A stretch of DNA of 64,000 nt from Acidobacteriota bacterium. GTDB taxonomy: Bacteria > Acidobacteriota > Vicinamibacteria > Vicinamibacterales > UBA2999. The stretch lies in assembly GCA_016871195.1 (NCBI GenBank), contig VFZN01000002.1, forward strand, positions 196,690 to 260,689, written 5' to 3'. Of the stretch, positions 25,996 to 36,360 are shown piece by piece. The position numbers were made by a program, and so were the translations under genes. The notes below the pieces were generated by a model. The model saw only the letters and a list, made by a program, of their open reading frames with translations, did no database searches and had not been told where the DNA came from. Every line of letters starts with the position of its first letter. The first letter of the stretch is position 1.

Positions 25996-27627
25996 ATGCG
26001 CGCAATCTGGGCCCTCGTCCTCACGGCAGCGATCGTTTTCGTCCTCGTGACACAGCGACCCGCCGATACGCCGGCAGTCACCGCAGACACCACCGCGGCA
26101 GCCTTCGCCCTGGCACCCGCACCGGCGTTTCCCGTCAGGGATCGGCGCGACCGCATGGCCACTGCGTTCGCCGCCATCGACCGGCGCATGGCCGACTATG
26201 CCACCACCGAACACATCCCCGGTCTCATCTGGGGCATCGTCATTGATGAAGGGCTCGCGCATGTCGGCGTGTCGGGCCTGAGCGATGTCGAACGGAAGGC
26301 GCCAGTCACTCCGGAATCGATCTTCCGTATCGCGTCGATGACCAAGAGCTTCACGGCCATGGCTATCCTGAAGCTCAGAGACGAGGAACGGCTGTCGCTC
26401 GACGACCCGGTCGAGCGGTATGTGCCCGAGCTGCGGCAGTGGCGCGGCCCGACCGACGATGCGCCGCGCATCACGCTGCGGCATCTGCTGTCGCACTCAG
26501 CGGGGTTTCCCGAGGACAACCCATGGGGCGATCAGCAGCTGGCCGTCACCGAAGACGAGTTCACGGCCATGCTCGCGCGCGGCATGTCGTTCTCGACCGC
26601 CCCGGGCACCGCCTACGAATATTCCAACTATGGCTTCGCTATCCTGGGGCGCGTCATTTCGCGCGTCGCCGGTGTGCCTTACCGTCAGTACATCCAGCGA
26701 GAAATTCTCGATCCGCTCGGCATGACAGCCACCACACTCGAGCCCGCCCGGGTGAACGATGCGCTGCGTGCACGCGGCTACCGATGGGAAGATGCGCAGT
26801 GGAAAGAGGAGCCTCCGCTGCCGGACGGCGCCTTCGGCGCGATGGGCGGCATGCTCACGTCGATGAGCGACCTGTCGCGCTACGTTGCCACACTGCTCTC
26901 GGCCTGGCCGGCACGCAGCGGCACCGACACCGGTCCTGTGCGCCGCGCGTCGCTGCGCGAAATGCAGCAGGTGGCACGCACACGACCGGCATCCGTCAGC
27001 CGGGCGCCGGGGACCGGAGCCCTGCAGCTGTTCAGTGGCGGGTACGGCTACGGCCTGCGCATTTCGCAGACCTGTGACTTCGGTCACGTGGTGGCACACG
27101 GCGGCGGCCTGCCGGGCTTCGGCTCGGTGATGCAGTGGCTCCCCGACTCCGGCGTCGGCATCATTGTCTTTGGCAACCGCACCTATGCGGGGTTTGGTGG
27201 TGTCGCCAACGAGGCACTTGCGGCCCTGGCCTCGACGGGTGGGCTGGTGCCGCGGCAGTTCGCGCCGTCACCGGCCCTGCAGCACGCCCGCAGCGAAGTG
27301 CTGGCGTTGCTGGAAGGGTGGCGTGATGACCGGGCGCAGGCACTGGCTGCCGTCAATCTGTTCCGTGACCGCGCGATCGAGCGGCGTCGCGCCGAGTTTG
27401 TCGCCCTGCACGACGCCGTCGGGTCGTGTCGCGATACGGGTGCATACCTGCCCCTCGAAAATCCGCTGCGCGGGGTGTGGACGCTCGAGTGCCAGCGCGG
27501 TACCGTACGCGCCGAGGTGACGCTGGCGCCTACCGTGCCGCCGCTCGTGCAGCATCTCGAGGTGGCGCAGGTGCCCCCCGGATCGGTGCAGCCAGCGCCG
27601 ACGTGTGCGGCCCCGACGCTCCCGTAA
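25996..27627 (+). CDS. Beta-lactamase-fold serine hydrolase (S12 family) with N-terminal membrane anchor and C-terminal extra domain
   Basis: ORF 25870..27627, trimmed to ATG 25996 (MRAIWALVLTAAIVFVLV). The S-x-x-K motif is in FRIASMTKSFTAMAIL. The Y-x-N motif is YEYSNYGF. GATCAT lies 6 nt upstream of the ATG. Confidence 0.8.
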   Translation: MRAIWALVLTAAIVFVLVTQRPADTPAVTADTTAAAFALAPAPAFPVRDRRDRMATAFAAIDRRMADYATTEHIPGLIWGIVIDEGLAHVGVSGLSDVERKAPVTPESIFRIASMTKSFTAMAILKLRDEERLSLDDPVERYVPELRQWRGPTDDAPRITLRHLLSHSAGFPEDNPWGDQQLAVTEDEFTAMLARGMSFSTAPGTAYEYSNYGFAILGRVISRVAGVPYRQYIQREILDPLGMTATTLEPARVNDALRARGYRWEDAQWKEEPPLPDGAFGAMGGMLTSMSDLSRYVATLLSAWPARSGTDTGPVRRASLREMQQVARTRPASVSRAPGTGALQLFSGGYGYGLRISQTCDFGHVVAHGGGLPGFGSVMQWLPDSGVGIIVFGNRTYAGFGGVANEALAALASTGGLVPRQFAPSPALQHARSEVLALLEGWRDDRAQALAAVNLFRDRAIERRRAEFVALHDAVGSCRDTGAYLPLENPLRGVWTLECQRGTVRAEVTLAPTVPPLVQHLEVAQVPPGSVQPAPTCAAPTLP

Positions 27628-27656
27628 GGCCCCATGACGCCCCCGCGGTGGTGACC

Positions 27657-27682
27657 GCAACCTGCGCCGATGCGCGGGTTGC
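27657..27682 (+). terminator. 11-bp hairpin 30 nt after the S12 hydrolase gene
   Basis: GCAACCTGCGC-CGAT-GCGCGGGTTGC, with one G-U wobble. A second small CCCGGG-ACGA-CCCGGG hairpin follows. Confidence 0.4.
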
Positions 27683-27784
27683 AGCGTCGAGGGCCGTAGT
27701 CCCGGGACGACCCGGGCCTCGGGGACGCACCGGGCCAAGACACGCAGCCGACGGCCAGAGCATAATGCGCAGCGGAGCCTTCCC

Positions 27785-29389
27785 ATGCGCATCAGACTGC
27801 CACTGATCGTTCTCCTTGTCCTGACGTTCGTTGCGCCCCCGTCCGCGCAGGTCCCACAAGCACCCGCGGCGACCGCCCAGGAGCGCGTCGATGCCGACGT
27901 GCTCTGGAAGATTCGCCGCGAAGCCACCGACCGCTCGCAGCTGATGCAGACGCTGCAGGTGCTCACCGATGTCTATGGCCCGCGGCTCACTGGCTCTCCG
28001 CAGCTGAAAGCCGCGATGGAGTGGGTCGTCACACAGACCACCGGCTGGGGCCTGAAGAATGCCCACCTCGAGCCGTGGGACTTCGGTCATCCCGGCTGGA
28101 CCAACGAACGCCTGTCGATTCACATCGTCTCGCCGGTGAAGGATGCGCTGGTGGCCGAGGCCCTGGCGTGGACGCCGGGCACCGCCGGCCCGGTGACCGC
28201 TGACACGATGATGCTCGAGCTGCCGACGCGCCCGACGCAGGCCCAGCTCACGCAGTTCTTCGACGCGCAGCGCGCCCGCGTGAAGGGGCGCATCGTGCTC
28301 GTCGGCGCCCCGCAGAAGGTGGACGTCACCATCGTGCCGCCAGCCAAGCGCCGCGAGGATGCCGAGGTGCGCGCACAGTTCGAGCGCGACACGCCGGCAG
28401 GCGGTGGTCCGCCGCAGATGCCCGCGGCCCCGAACGGGGACGTGGTGCCGCCGGCTCGCGTGGCCGAGCAGCTCGATGCCTTCCTCGTCAGTGCCGGTGC
28501 GGTGGCACGCATCAATGACGCCGGTCGCGACCACGGACAGATTCGCGCCTTCAACAACCGCACGTTCGACATCAACAAGGCCGTGCCGACGGTGGTGATG
28601 CGCAACGAAGACTATGGCCGCGTGTGGCGCCTCATGGCGACCGGCCGCACCGTCCAGCTCGACATGCACATCGTCAATCAGATGCACCCCGAGGGACGCA
28701 CGCAGCACAACGTGGTGGCCGAGATTCCCGGCACCGACAAGGCGGCCGAGGTGGTCATGCTGGGCGGGCACCTCGATGCGTGGCACTCGGCGACCGGCGC
28801 CACCGACAACGCGGTCGGCTCGGCCACGATGCTCGAGGCCATCCGCATCCTGCAGGCCATCGGCGTGAAGCCCCGCCGCACCATCCGCGTCGCCCTGTGG
28901 GGCGGCGAAGAGCAGGGCCTGCTCGGCTCGCAGGCCTATGTGAAGCAGCACTTCGGCACGGCGGAAAATCCGAAGCCCGAGTTCGCCGGCTTTGCCGGCT
29001 ACTTCAATATCGACTCGGGCACGGGCCGGGCGCGGGGGATGACGGTGTTCGGCCCGTCCGACGCCGCACGCATCCTGCGCGAGGCCACGGCGCCGTTTGC
29101 CGACAACGGGTTCCTCGGGGCCAATGCCACGAGCAGCCGCCGGCGTGGCGGTTCCGACCACACCTCGTTCAACGCAGCCGGTCTGCCCGGCATCGGCGTC
29201 AGCCAGGACCCCATCGAATACGGCACGCACACATGGCACACGAACCTCGACACCTACGAACGGGTCATCGAGGACGATGCGAAGCAGAGCGCGATGGTGA
29301 TTGCGGCGGCGGTGTATCAGCTCGCGATGCGCGACCAGCTGCTGCCGCGCCTCGAGGGTGCAGCACTGCCCAAGCTGCCCACGCAGTAA
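27785..29389 (+). CDS. Secreted M28-family peptidase with PA domain
   Basis: GGAG lies 8 nt upstream. The signal peptide is [23 protein letters not shown]28 blocks are [30 protein letters not shown] and GGSDHTSF. Confidence 0.87.
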   Translation: MRIRLPLIVLLVLTFVAPPSAQVPQAPAATAQERVDADVLWKIRREATDRSQLMQTLQVLTDVYGPRLTGSPQLKAAMEWVVTQTTGWGLKNAHLEPWDFGHPGWTNERLSIHIVSPVKDALVAEALAWTPGTAGPVTADTMMLELPTRPTQAQLTQFFDAQRARVKGRIVLVGAPQKVDVTIVPPAKRREDAEVRAQFERDTPAGGGPPQMPAAPNGDVVPPARVAEQLDAFLVSAGAVARINDAGRDHGQIRAFNNRTFDINKAVPTVVMRNEDYGRVWRLMATGRTVQLDMHIVNQMHPEGRTQHNVVAEIPGTDKAAEVVMLGGHLDAWHSATGATDNAVGSATMLEAIRILQAIGVKPRRTIRVALWGGEEQGLLGSQAYVKQHFGTAENPKPEFAGFAGYFNIDSGTGRARGMTVFGPSDAARILREATAPFADNGFLGANATSSRRRGGSDHTSFNAAGLPGIGVSQDPIEYGTHTWHTNLDTYERVIEDDAKQSAMVIAAAVYQLAMRDQLLPRLEGAALPKLPTQ

Positions 29390-29401
29390 CGGAACCGCAG
29401 G

Positions 29402-29427
29402 GGGCGGGTCGTCGCAGACCCGCCCCG
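29402..29427. terminator. Perfect 10-bp GC hairpin between convergent genes
   Basis: GGGGCGGGTC-GTCGCA-GACCCGCCCC, 13 nt after the M28 stop. Confidence 0.5.
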
Positions 29428-29475
29428 GTCACCTTCCGGTCAGGCCACACGCGGCCTGACACCGACCGCACGCAC

Positions 29476-30354
29476 TTACCGCTGATAGAGGCGTGGCGTC
29501 GTGAATGTCGAAATCGAGTGCGTATCGTCGAACGCGATGGCGGCCTTGTAGAACTCTTCCATCACATCGGGCACCCACAGCCCGAGCTCGGTGTCGCGGC
29601 GGAACGTCACAAACACATTGGCCCTGACGATGGGGTCGGCGGCGGTCATGGCGGTCTTGACGACGACGCCAGTGCTTGACTCGATCCAGATGTGACCGGT
29701 AAGGGCGAGATCCTTGCCACGCGAGGTCTTGATGAGTGTGGGCCGGGCCTTTTCGATGTAGGCCAGCCGTTCGACCGCGCGCCCGGCGATGACTTCGTCG
29801 CCGGCGGCCTTGAACTCGAAGCGCTCGCGCACCTGCGGGTGCAGCAGCATCATGCCGAACATGGGAATGTTGATGGAGCGCTGCACATTCCCCACGTCGT
29901 AGCGGTGGCTTTCCTGGTGAACCGCCGTCGCTTCGTCAAACGCCTCGGCGCTGCCCGTCTTCAACAGGCGCACCAGCCGATCGTCGCGATCGCGCAGTTC
30001 CGTGCCGTTCACCCAGTGCAGGTCGCGATAGGGTACCCAGCCGCGGCCCGCACCGGCCTGGACGAGCACGTAATCACTGCGGGTCACAGTGCGTCGCTGC
30101 GTCCCGCCGGGGATCATGCCGCCACCGGGGTTGGCGCGTGTGAGACTCGAGCCGGTGTGCACGGGTCGCTCGAGCCACTGGACGTTTTCCTCATCGAGCG
30201 CCAGGGCCCAGTACTCCTGCTCGTACTCGACGACATATCGCGACGCCAGATCGACAAGGTCGCGTACGGCGCGGTTCTGCCGTGCGTGCAGCACGGGCAC
30301 GCAGGCGGCGAACACCAGCAGGACGACGACACCTGACCGCACACGACGAAGCAC
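29476..30354 (-). CDS. Secreted protein of unknown function
   Basis: ORF 29476..30456. The start is moved to GTG 30354 because TATCAT lies exactly 6 nt upstream. This yields a clean signal peptide (M)LRRVRSGVVVLLVFAACVPVLHA. I recognised no family motif. Confidence 0.55.
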   Translation of the reverse strand: MLRRVRSGVVVLLVFAACVPVLHARQNRAVRDLVDLASRYVVEYEQEYWALALDEENVQWLERPVHTGSSLTRANPGGGMIPGGTQRRTVTRSDYVLVQAGAGRGWVPYRDLHWVNGTELRDRDDRLVRLLKTGSAEAFDEATAVHQESHRYDVGNVQRSINIPMFGMMLLHPQVRERFEFKAAGDEVIAGRAVERLAYIEKARPTLIKTSRGKDLALTGHIWIESSTGVVVKTAMTAADPIVRANVFVTFRRDTELGLWVPDVMEEFYKAAIAFDDTHSISTFTTPRLYQR

Positions 30355-30360
30355 GGGCGC

Positions 30361-30366
30361 ATGATA
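30361..30366 (-). promoter_or_regulatory. -10-like TATCAT, 6 nt upstream of GTG 30354 (leaderless-type)
   Basis: The minus strand reads gtgTATCATgcgcccGTG. Confidence 0.4.
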
Positions 30367-30445
30367 CACCCGCGGGTGCACGGGTCCCTCCTCGGGTCTG
30401 CGGGCCCCCCGGGTCTGCAGGCCGGAACGATAAGATGGAAGGCTC

Positions 30446-31771
30446 GTGCTGCGCAATCAACTCGTTCCCACGCTGAGGCTGGCTGTGCCGGTCATCCTCG
30501 CCGAACTTGGCTGGATGGGCATGGGGCTGGTCGACACGCTCATGGTCGCGCCGCTCGGGCCGGCGGCTATCGCCGCCACGGCCGTCGGCAATTCACTGCA
30601 TCTCGGGTTTGCCATCTTCGGCATGGGGCTGCTGCTCGGCCTCGATACGCTCGTGGCCCAGGCCTACGGCGCAGGCGAGCGGGCCCTCTGCCGGCGATGG
30701 CTGACCACCGGCCTGCGCCTGGCGCTGGTCACGACCGTCCCGATGATGGTGCTGCTCGGGGGACTGTGGTGGCTGTCGCCCTCGATGGGATTCCACCCCG
30801 AGACGCAGCCGCTGCTGCAGGGCTACCTGGGCATCCTCATCCTGAGCACGCCCGCCCTGCTCGTCTATGCGGCCCTGCGCCGGTATCTGCAGAGCACGAG
30901 CCATGTCACGGTGGTCATGGTCACGCTGGTGACGGCCAATCTCGTGAACTTCGTCGCCAACTGGGCCTTCATCAACGGTCACCTGGGCCTGCCGGCCCTC
31001 GGGGTCACCGGCGCGGCGTGGGCCACGCTCACCGCCCGCATGTATATGGTCGCCGTGCTGGCGCTCACGGTGTGGCTCAGTGACCGGCAGGTGCCGGCAG
31101 CCACCGCCACCACACCCCCGGCCCCGATGCACCGTCTGCTGTCGCTGGGGCTGCCGGCGGCATCGACGGTCACGGCCGAGGTGGGCATCTTCTCGCTGCT
31201 GACCGCGCTGGCCGGGCAACTGGCCCCGGTCTCAACCGCCGCGCATCAGATTGCGCTGAATATGGCGGCGATGGTCTTCATGGTGCATCTCGGTCTGGCC
31301 TCGGCCGGTGCGATCCGCGTCGGCCACGCCATCGGGGCACGCAACTTTACCGACGCACGGCACGCCGGGTGGACGGTCATCGTCATGAGCGTGAGCCTGT
31401 CGATCGTCACAGGCGCGGTCTTCCTGCGGTATCCCGAGGTGCTCATCGGGGTGTATACGACCGAGGCCGGCGTCGTGCAGCTGGCCTCGCAACTGCTGGC
31501 CATTGCGGCGCTCTTCCAGATCTTCGACGGCCTGCAGGGGGTCACGACCGGCACGTTGCGCGGGCTGGGCGATACCCGCACGGCGATGGTCTCGAATCTC
31601 ACGGCGTTCTGGCTCATCGGCGCGCCGGTAAGCTACGGCCTGTGCTTCGGCCTCGGCTGGGGCGCACCCGGCCTCTGGTGGGGCCTGCTGCTCGGCCTCG
31701 TCCTCACCAGTATCGTGCTGCTGTCGGTGTGGACGCGCACCGTGCGTCAGCGCACCCTCAGCGGCGACTGA
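30446..31771 (+). CDS. MATE-family efflux transporter
   Basis: GTG start. The opening is LRLAVPVILAELGWMGMGLVDTLMV. The protein has 12 TM-like segments and an internal-repeat organisation typical of NorM/DinF. Confidence 0.85.
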   Translation: MLRNQLVPTLRLAVPVILAELGWMGMGLVDTLMVAPLGPAAIAATAVGNSLHLGFAIFGMGLLLGLDTLVAQAYGAGERALCRRWLTTGLRLALVTTVPMMVLLGGLWWLSPSMGFHPETQPLLQGYLGILILSTPALLVYAALRRYLQSTSHVTVVMVTLVTANLVNFVANWAFINGHLGLPALGVTGAAWATLTARMYMVAVLALTVWLSDRQVPAATATTPPAPMHRLLSLGLPAASTVTAEVGIFSLLTALAGQLAPVSTAAHQIALNMAAMVFMVHLGLASAGAIRVGHAIGARNFTDARHAGWTVIVMSVSLSIVTGAVFLRYPEVLIGVYTTEAGVVQLASQLLAIAALFQIFDGLQGVTTGTLRGLGDTRTAMVSNLTAFWLIGAPVSYGLCFGLGWGAPGLWWGLLLGLVLTSIVLLSVWTRTVRQRTLSGD

Positions 31772-31777
31772 CGCACC

Positions 31778-31799
31778 GGCCGGTCAGCGCTGACCGGCC
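31778..31799. terminator. Perfect 22-nt palindrome GGCCGGTCAGC|GCTGACCGGCC between convergent genes; it overlaps the amidohydrolase stop codon
   Basis: The two halves are exact reverse complements. The MATE stop is at 31769-31771 and the amidohydrolase stop at 31784-31786. Confidence 0.45.
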
Positions 31800-34762
31800 A
31801 CCAGCGCCCGCACGTCATGCAGCACGCCGCCCCGCATCACCTGCCGGACGCGCCGCAACTGCCTGATGTCCTCGAGCGGATTGCCGTCGACCACGATCAG
31901 ATCAGCCAGCTTGCCCGCTTCGATCGTCCCGAGGTCGGCACTGATGCCGAGCGCTTCGGCCGGTACCGCCGTCGCCGTGCGGATGACCTCGGCCGGCGTG
32001 AGACCGCCGCGCACATAGTGCTCGAGCTCGAGCAGCAGCGAGATGCCATAGGGATTGATCGGCGAGTCGGTGCCGGCGATGACGCGTCCACCACCGCGGA
32101 CCAGCGCGTGCACCAGCTGCTCCTGCGGCACCACCAGCGCTTCGCGCGCGGCCAAATCGGCCGGAGGCGCGCCTGTCTGTCTGAGCGCGCGTGATGCGGC
32201 CAGCGAGTCGGGCGCGAGGCGCTGCAGGCGTTCATCCTCGAGCCATGCACCGTCACGCAGTGTCAGCACCTGATGCCCGCCCTGAATGCCGATGGTCGGC
32301 GTCAGTGTCATACCCGACGCCGTCAGCAGCTCGATCACATCGCGATAGCTGCGCCGCGTTTCGCTCATCTTCGGATTGAAGCCGCGCCGGCTGGTGCCCC
32401 GCACATGCTCGACACCGTCGGCACCGAAGGCCACCGCCGGATACAGCTCATGCGATGTCACCGGCATGCCGGCCCGATGGGCGGCCGCAATAACCCGACG
32501 CTGCAGCAGGTCAGGCAGCCGCACGTACGACTTGATGAGGTCGAAGCCCAGCGTCTGCGCACGAGCGACATAGGCGTCGATATCCGCGCCGCCGTCGAGG
32601 GCCACGCCACCCGAGTAGTAGATGCGCGTGCCGTCGATGGGCTCGCCCGTCAGCAGCAGCCTCGGCCCCAGTCGGCGACCCGACGCGATCGCTTCGCGAT
32701 CTTCCAGGGCCTCGAAGGCATTGGCCGCCGGATTCCTGACCGTGGTGATGCCGAACGACAGCCACAGGCGGCCCAGGGCTTCCCCGGCATCCTTCCGCAG
32801 GTGCGTGTGACTCTCGATGAGGCCCGGCAGCACCGTGCCTGCGCCGGCGTCCACGACCCGTCCCTCGTGGCCCCCGTCCCGATGCGGCCGCACGTCGCGG
32901 ATGCGATCGCCGTCGATCACCACGTCCACGTCTGTGCGCAGCGTCGTGTCGCGCGCATCGAACAGGCGCGCCGCATGAATCGTCGTCACACCGGTGGTGC
33001 GCGGAGCGGTCACCGTCAGGGCAGGACGAATGGTGTGCACGTCGCCCGACACGGTGTCGACCACCTTGAGCGCGTCGGCGGTCTGATACAGCACATGGCG
33101 CGAATCGCCGGCCCACGACGGCGAACTCGCGAGATCGGCCGTGACCCGACGCACCGACCCGAGCGGCGCCCCGTCGCGCCCCACCGGGAAGATGCTGACA
33201 CTGCCGTCGACAATCGCCACCATCTCCCGGCCGTCAGGTGACCACACCGGTCCGAGGTTCTGCCGCATGCCGATCGACGTGTGCGGCAGCGGATCGATCC
33301 AGCGATCGGGACTGAAGGCATCACGGCCGTCGACCGAGGGCGAGGGCTCGACCTGCACCCACAGCACCTGATTCGTGCCTTCACGGAACCGTGTCGAATA
33401 GGTGCGCAGGGCCGACATCACCACGGCGCGCCCGTCGGGCGACCAGCTCGGCTTGCCCGGTTCATTCAGGCGGCCGTGAGCCGTGCGGGCCTCGCCACTG
33501 GCCACGGTCACGACGCGCAGCTGCGAGTCAGGATCGAGGAAGGCCACGCGGGTGCCGTCGGGCGAGTAGGTGGGCAGCGATCCGGCCTCAGCCAGGCGCC
33601 GGTCCTGTCCCGATCGCAGATCGCGAATCCACAGATCCATCTGCCCGCCGCGATCCGACGAAAACACCAGCGACTGGCCATCGGGGGCCCACGCGGGATT
33701 CATCTCGACCGCGGCGTCATCCGTCAGGCGCTGCGGCACCGGCTCGGCCTCGGTCAGCGACACCAGCCACAGATCACCGAGCGCCACGAACGCGGCACGC
33801 TGCCCGTCGGGCGCCATCACCGGCTGCATCACACCACGCACCGGCTGCGCACGGTCATACTGCGTCACCGAACGACGCGGCACAAAGCCGTCCCTCGCAA
33901 ACGAGACCTGGGCCGCGAAGGGCACCACGGCGGCAGCCCCTCCAGCACGCGGGCGACGCCTGACCTCTCCACTCGCGGTGTACCAGATCTGCCCGGCCCC
34001 GTCCCACGTCGGGCGGAAGGGAAACACATCCTCACCGGCATCTGAGATCGCGCGGCCGTCCACCATGAGCCGGCTCGAGGCGCCCGCGACTGACACATGC
34101 GCCATCGACCGCCCGTCAGGTGACCACGACGGCGAGTGCGCCACATCACGGTCGGCCACCACGAGTCGCTCAGCCCCACTGTCGACACGCCGCGCATAGA
34201 TGCCTCGGCCCTCGCGGTCTGAGACAAACGCGATTTCGCGTCCATCAGGCGACCAGGCCGGCATGCTGTCATTCGCCGGATCGGTCGTCAGTCGCGTGAC
34301 AGCCCCCGTGGCCAGCGTGAGCATCCAGATGTCATAGTGCCCGCTGCGGTCGGAGGAAAATGCCAGTCGCGTGCCGTCAGGCGACCAGTGCGGCTCGCGA
34401 TCGTCGAACGGACCGGCGGTGACTTCGGCGAGGCCCGATCCGTCGGCGTTCATCACCCACAGATGCCATGTGTCCTTCAGGTACGCCTGGAAGGCGACGC
34501 GCCGGCCATCAGATGACCATGCCGGGGCGTGCGCGTCGTACCCGTCGGGCAACAACCGTCTCGCTTCGCCGCCCCCGGCATCGACGGACCACAGCACGCC
34601 GAGCAGATCGATCATCACCGTGCGGCCATCGGGCGACGGTGCCGCAGCCATCGATGTGCCTTCACGCAGGGTGACCCGCACCTCGCGGCGGGCGTCCTGC
34701 GCCAGCAGCAGCCCACTCAGCGCACACAGCATCGCTCCAGCCACCCAGACCATCCGTCGCAT
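31784..34762 (-). CDS. Secreted fusion protein: tandem TolB-like PD40 beta-propellers + C-terminal metal-dependent amidohydrolase domain
   Basis: ORF 31784..35269, trimmed to ATG 34762 (GAGGAG 7 nt upstream; MRRMVWVAGAMLCALSGLLLAQ signal peptide). This avoids overlap with abgT. Many 'SPDG...aF.S.R' repeats are present. The amidohydrolase HxH is LPGLIESHTHL and the C-terminal block is AGTDSP. Confidence 0.82.
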   Translation of the reverse strand: MRRMVWVAGAMLCALSGLLLAQDARREVRVTLREGTSMAAAPSPDGRTVMIDLLGVLWSVDAGGGEARRLLPDGYDAHAPAWSSDGRRVAFQAYLKDTWHLWVMNADGSGLAEVTAGPFDDREPHWSPDGTRLAFSSDRSGHYDIWMLTLATGAVTRLTTDPANDSMPAWSPDGREIAFVSDREGRGIYARRVDSGAERLVVADRDVAHSPSWSPDGRSMAHVSVAGASSRLMVDGRAISDAGEDVFPFRPTWDGAGQIWYTASGEVRRRPRAGGAAAVVPFAAQVSFARDGFVPRRSVTQYDRAQPVRGVMQPVMAPDGQRAAFVALGDLWLVSLTEAEPVPQRLTDDAAVEMNPAWAPDGQSLVFSSDRGGQMDLWIRDLRSGQDRRLAEAGSLPTYSPDGTRVAFLDPDSQLRVVTVASGEARTAHGRLNEPGKPSWSPDGRAVVMSALRTYSTRFREGTNQVLWVQVEPSPSVDGRDAFSPDRWIDPLPHTSIGMRQNLGPVWSPDGREMVAIVDGSVSIFPVGRDGAPLGSVRRVTADLASSPSWAGDSRHVLYQTADALKVVDTVSGDVHTIRPALTVTAPRTTGVTTIHAARLFDARDTTLRTDVDVVIDGDRIRDVRPHRDGGHEGRVVDAGAGTVLPGLIESHTHLRKDAGEALGRLWLSFGITTVRNPAANAFEALEDREAIASGRRLGPRLLLTGEPIDGTRIYYSGGVALDGGADIDAYVARAQTLGFDLIKSYVRLPDLLQRRVIAAAHRAGMPVTSHELYPAVAFGADGVEHVRGTSRRGFNPKMSETRRSYRDVIELLTASGMTLTPTIGIQGGHQVLTLRDGAWLEDERLQRLAPDSLAASRALRQTGAPPADLAAREALVVPQEQLVHALVRGGGRVIAGTDSPINPYGISLLLELEHYVRGGLTPAEVIRTATAVPAEALGISADLGTIEAGKLADLIVVDGNPLEDIRQLRRVRQVMRGGVLHDVRALVAGQR

Positions 34763-34794
34763 CGCCACTCTCCTCACGCGGTCGTGCGCCACAC

Positions 34795-36360
34795 TCACAC
34801 GCCTGGCACGGGCGGTGCCCCGGCCACGGGCAGAAACAACGGGGCCCCCGGGCCGGTGGGCCAGCCCATCCAGACCCACAGCACCAGCATCAGCATCCAC
34901 GCCACCAGATTCACCAGCGTGTAGGGCAGCATCATTGCCGTCAGCGTGCCGATGCCGGCCTTCGGCTCGTAACGCTGCAGGAACATGAGCACCAGGGGGA
35001 AGTTCGAGGACAGGGGCGTGATGATGTTCGTCAGACTGTCGCCCACGCGATAGGCCGTCTGCGTCAGCTCGGGCGAGTAGCCCAGCAGCATGAACATCGG
35101 CACCAGCACCGGCCCGAGCAGCGCCCACTTGGCCGAGGCTGATCCCAGAAACAAATCGATGACACACGTCAGCAGCATCAGGCCCACGAGCAGCGGAATC
35201 GGTCCGAGGCCGAGGCCCTTCAGCCAGCCCGCTCCGGCCACAGCCGTCACCACACCGAGGTTCGACCACGCGAACAGCGCCACAAACTGCGCGATGAAGA
35301 AGACCACCACAAGGTAACCGCTGACCAGCGCCAACGTGTCCTGCATGGCGGCATACGCATCGGTATCGCGACGCACCGTGCCGACGATGCGTCCGTAGAC
35401 CAGGCCGGGAATCAGCCCGAACAGGAACAGGAAGAACACAAGGCCGCGCAGGAACACTGAATTGACAAGGCTAGGCGACTTGGCATCGCGCAGCATGCCA
35501 TCGGCGGGCCAGAGTCCGGCGACGACCATGGCCACAAGCACCAGCGTCACCAGCAGTGCGGCACGAAGACCTCGCCTTTCGAGTGGCGACAGCGGCACGG
35601 CCGCATCGGCCACAACGGCCCCCGTGTAGCGCCCGAGCCGTGGCTCGACCAGACGCTCGGTGACCAGCGCCCCGGTCACGGTCACCAGCGGCACTGATGC
35701 GGCGAGAAAGAAATAGCTCGCCACCCCGGTCACCGAATAGTCGGGATGAATCAGCCGCGCCGCTTCCTGTGTGATGCCGGCCAGCGTGAAGTCGGTGGGC
35801 GACAGCAGCAGATTCGCGGCGAATCCACCCGACACACCGGCGAAGGCGGCGGCCAGCCCGGCCAGCGGATGCCGGCCGGCCGCATGAAACAGCGAGGCAC
35901 TGAGCGGCAGCAGCAGCACGTAACCCACATCGCCCGCCGTATGCGACATCGCGCCCGCGCACACCACGCCCCACGTCAGCCCCCGGCCGTGCGCGGCCCC
36001 GATGATGAGGCGCACGGTGGCCCCCAGCAGCCCGCTGCGCTCGGCCACCGACAGGCCCAGCATGCTGACCAGCAACGGACCCATCGGCCCGAAGCCCGTG
36101 AAGTTGGGGACAACGTTGAGAATCAGCCGCTGCAGACCCTCCACCGACAGCAGGTTGACGACCGCCACCGATTTTCCTGTGAGGGGATGTGCCACCGCCA
36201 CCTGCATCGCCGACAGGACGGCCGACAGCGTCATCACCGCGGCCGACAACAGCACAAACAGCGTGGCCGGATGCGGCAGCGCATTACCGGCACGCTCGAC
36301 ACGTACCAGCATCGAGGCCAGCCAGCCGTCTGCCGCAAACGACCCGCGTGCGTCACTCAT
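34795..36360 (-). CDS. abgT: AbgT-family transporter (p-aminobenzoyl-glutamate / dipeptide-like substrate transporter family)
   Basis: The N-terminus is LVRVERAGNALPHPATLFVLLSAAV. The protein is polytopic and family-typical in length (521 aa). The start overlaps the upstream gene's stop (ATGA). Confidence 0.82.
   Translation of the reverse strand: MSDARGSFAADGWLASMLVRVERAGNALPHPATLFVLLSAAVMTLSAVLSAMQVAVAHPLTGKSVAVVNLLSVEGLQRLILNVVPNFTGFGPMGPLLVSMLGLSVAERSGLLGATVRLIIGAAHGRGLTWGVVCAGAMSHTAGDVGYVLLLPLSASLFHAAGRHPLAGLAAAFAGVSGGFAANLLLSPTDFTLAGITQEAARLIHPDYSVTGVASYFFLAASVPLVTVTGALVTERLVEPRLGRYTGAVVADAAVPLSPLERRGLRAALLVTLVLVAMVVAGLWPADGMLRDAKSPSLVNSVFLRGLVFFLFLFGLIPGLVYGRIVGTVRRDTDAYAAMQDTLALVSGYLVVVFFIAQFVALFAWSNLGVVTAVAGAGWLKGLGLGPIPLLVGLMLLTCVIDLFLGSASAKWALLGPVLVPMFMLLGYSPELTQTAYRVGDSLTNIITPLSSNFPLVLMFLQRYEPKAGIGTLTAMMLPYTLVNLVAWMLMLVLWVWMGWPTGPGAPLFLPVAGAPPVPGV

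Noticed and set aside
24558-26050. 450-aa (minus, other frame) and 478-aa (plus) ORFs overlapping the TLC-like transporter gene
   Set aside because: Only the 24587..25894 frame gives a hydrophobic 12-TM protein. The others are Arg/His/Gln-rich shadows.
27530-29239. 569-aa minus-strand ORF antisense to the third M28 peptidase
   Set aside because: It is a shadow ORF. The plus strand has a signal peptide and all M28 ligand blocks.
31784-35269. N-terminal extensions of ORF-track entries that would create large same-strand or divergent overlaps. The entries affected are 31784..35269, 36357..37679, 41445..43217, 47227..49224, 25870..27627, 18722..21478, 21508..24351, 8425..9972 and 1612..2247.
   Set aside because: In each case an internal start codon is preceded by an SD or a -10-like hexamer. 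That start is followed by a signal peptide or a family-typical N-terminus, and it removes the overlap. The extensions are low-complexity.
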